Origin: Leucoraja ocellata
Lineage: Eukaryota
DNA length: 64,000 bases
Direction: 5' to 3'
NCBI GenBank assembly: GCA_036785375.1
Contig: JAWMAR010000063.1
Span: 6,200,001 to 6,264,000 of the forward strand
Position numbers and translations under genes: made by a program. How positions within the stretch are numbered: position 1 is the stretch's first letter; every line of letters begins with the position of its first letter. Shown piece by piece: positions 61,884 to 64,000 of the stretch. The notes under the pieces are model-generated. The model did not search any database, had not been told where the DNA came from, and saw only the letters and a list, made by a program, of their open reading frames with translations.

Positions 61884-63021
61884 TTCAATAAACTCAATAA
61901 CTAGTCACCACAAGCTTTAGGTTAACGAATTACACAGGTTCACCATCTTCTAAATAAAATGTTCACCTCCCTGGTCCTATACATCTCAGCCAGGGAAGGA
62001 TGGTCCCTGTCAACTCTTTTAATAATTTGTAGGTTTTGATGAGATCCATTTATTCCAGTTCTGTCTTTTGTCCAATAAGCAATTCTCAATTAACATTGGT
62101 ATGTTTCCCTATTTCATGTGTTTTGACTTTGTCAATCAACTTTCCAAAACACAAACTCACCAAATCTACATGTTTTCCACTTATCTATTGTAGAAGTTAT
62201 ATGCTCAAAGAACTATGGCAGATTAGTCAAACGTAAATTTCCTTTAAAAAACCATGTTGGGATGGCAAGGTACTTTGCTGTCATATCCATGTTGTAGATT
62301 GCAGCTTTTTCTCCTCCACCGACAAGTTAATTGTTTTGTTTTGTCTCCCTCCCATAATATCAAAACCTAAAAAGATACTTTACAAACTATCGAATTTGTC
62401 TAAAGAAAGCTTTCAAAACTGTAGATCCTTGAGATTTAAATGATTTCCAAACCACCAATGCCTCAAGAGCTACTTTTTTTTGTCGAACAATTCAGTTCCT
62501 TATTCTCAGACATTGATTCTCTAATATATACGAACCATTCATGCCGAGAAGTTGCAAATCCAAAGACAAATTTCTTAGCAAATTAAAGCTTTTACGAACA
62601 AATGTTCCCGTATATGACATTATTTATAAAGTCAGACAATATGTCATTGCACTGATTGACTTTCTCGAAATCAACGTCCTTTTCTGCCATTACCACACCA
62701 TTTGATTTTAAATGCCGTCAGAAGATTACGGCAATCGATATCAAAAGGTTTAGCCTCAACAAATCCTTAATGATTCCAGGATAACCTTTACTCTTGGTAA
62801 CACGAACGCTCGTGGAGAAATGTAACATACATACAAACACAACGCCTCCTCACGGTGCCGCCCTGCCCACGAACAGGAAGTCAAGCAGCCAGCAATTCCT
62901 CTGCAGACAAGTTCAATGTTTCAATATAGATGATATTTCTGCCCCCTCCCCATACCTTCCCGTCACCATGGAAACTCCAGCACCACCTCACCCCCTTTGA
63001 CGCTCGCACGTCCTGGCTTAC

Positions 63022-63530
63022 CTGGGGAAGACGGCAAACAACAAAAAAAGAAATAGGCACAAGTATGCACCTACTGAATGCAACCGCTGATTAATAACCC
63101 CGAGCACACACAATAACAATGCTGAGCTGCACGAGTGCAGTTCAAATACAAACTTTGCCTGCGGCCGCAGATAGAAAGACTAAGCTCAGCGCTCTCACCG
63201 TCAACGAGCAGTCGCTCCCCTGCCGCCAGAATCCACCCCGGAAGTGGCCCCACAACACCCTGCGCGGCACCGGCCGCTTCGGCTTCTTCCACTATCTCCT
63301 AATATGGAAGAAGCGGCCGTTGGGCTCGAGGAGCCGCCAGAAAGGTCTCCGTCGGATGTGAGTGGAAGGGCGGTGTTTCAGTTGCTTTACCCACCCCACA
63401 GTGCGATATAGCTTTCGGCAGGCTTTGCTGTTATAACCCGAACGTACAAAGTCCAACCCAGCGCCTGGAATGTGCCGGGGGTCCGGGGCTGAGAGGTGTG
63501 CAGAAGCTGGCTGGGTCGGCGCAGCCGTGT
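63022..63530 (-). promoter_or_regulatory. CAP1: Probable CAP1 non-coding exon 1 and CpG-rich promoter
   Basis: CpG-rich stretch; strong minus-strand donor CAG|gtaagc at 63022/63021; ETS-type CCGGAAGT at ~63238-63245. Transcription start not determinable from sequence. Confidence 0.65.
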
Positions 63531-63539
63531 GGACCATGC

Positions 63540-63795
63540 ATAGAAAATAGGTGCAGGAGTAGAGGCCATTCGGCCCTTCGAGCCTGCACCGCCATTCAAT
63601 ATGATCATGGCTGATCATCCAACTCAATATCCCGCACCTGCCTTCTCTCCATACCCCCTGATCCCTTTAGCCACAAGGGCCACATCTAACTCCCTCTTAA
63701 ATATAGCCAATTAACTGGCCTCAACTACCCTCTGTGGCAGAGGGCTGTGGCAGAGGGTTCCAGAGATTCACCACTGTGTGAAAATGTTTTTCTCA
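63540..63795 (-). mobile_element. CR1 LINE 3' end upstream of CAP1
   Basis: Same tail as 19940-20143. Confidence 0.8.
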
Positions 63796-63803
63796 CTTCA
63801 CAG

Positions 63804-63964
63804 CAATGACCCTAGGATCTAGGATGTTTAAGAAGGAACTGCAGATGCTGGAAAATCCAAGGTACACAAAAAAGCTGGAGAAACTCAGCTGGAGAAACTC
63901 TATAGATGCTGCTGCACCCGTTGAGTTTCTCCAGCTTTTTTGTGTACCTAGGATAGGATCTTTG
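63804..63964. mobile_element. P-element-like remnant containing a nested Penelope-derived palindromic insertion
   Basis: CAATGACC...GATCTTTG flanked by 8-bp TSD CTTCACAG (63796-63803, 63965-63972); internal ~63824-63948 matches the Penelope-derived terminal repeat. Confidence 0.55.
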
Positions 63965-64000
63965 CTTCACAGCGCTCTCCCCATTGCACACTGAGGGACA

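Noticed and set aside
1-64000. CRISPR arrays, operons or other prokaryotic systems
   Set aside because: The sequence is intron-rich vertebrate DNA with no regularly spaced repeat-spacer array.

Overview
Eukaryotic genomic DNA from a vertebrate. The repeat content (V-SINE/HE1-like SINEs, many CR1 LINE tails, Penelope-like fragments) points to an elasmobranch, probably a skate or ray (inference). The window holds three spliced genes, all rebuilt by hand with in-frame GT-AG junctions. Two are tandem, intact 9-exon PPT1 (palmitoyl-protein thioesterase 1) paralogs on the + strand: copy A 214-6930 (303 aa, divergent) and copy B 10447-24350 (305 aa, canonical). The third is CAP1 (cyclase-associated actin regulator) on the - strand, with 12 coding exons at 55194-28672 (469 aa) and a probable non-coding first exon and promoter near 63.0-63.5 kb. 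Most supplied ORFs are spurious or are transposon debris. Main findings: (1) a ~142-bp retroposon whose 5' end folds as a complete minimal HDV/CPEB3-like ribozyme, 350 bp upstream of PPT1-B; (2) four tiny P-element-like insertions or footprints with perfect 8-bp target-site duplications (TSDs), all at the three promoters; (3) a retained, divergent PPT1 duplicate with a remodelled loop near the active site and a duplicated exon-5 acceptor; (4) minimal hammerhead-like motifs in Penelope-derived repeats; (5) a SINE-like family that keeps one hairpin but carries different LINE tails; (6) long fold-back and inverted duplications in CAP1 intron 1.
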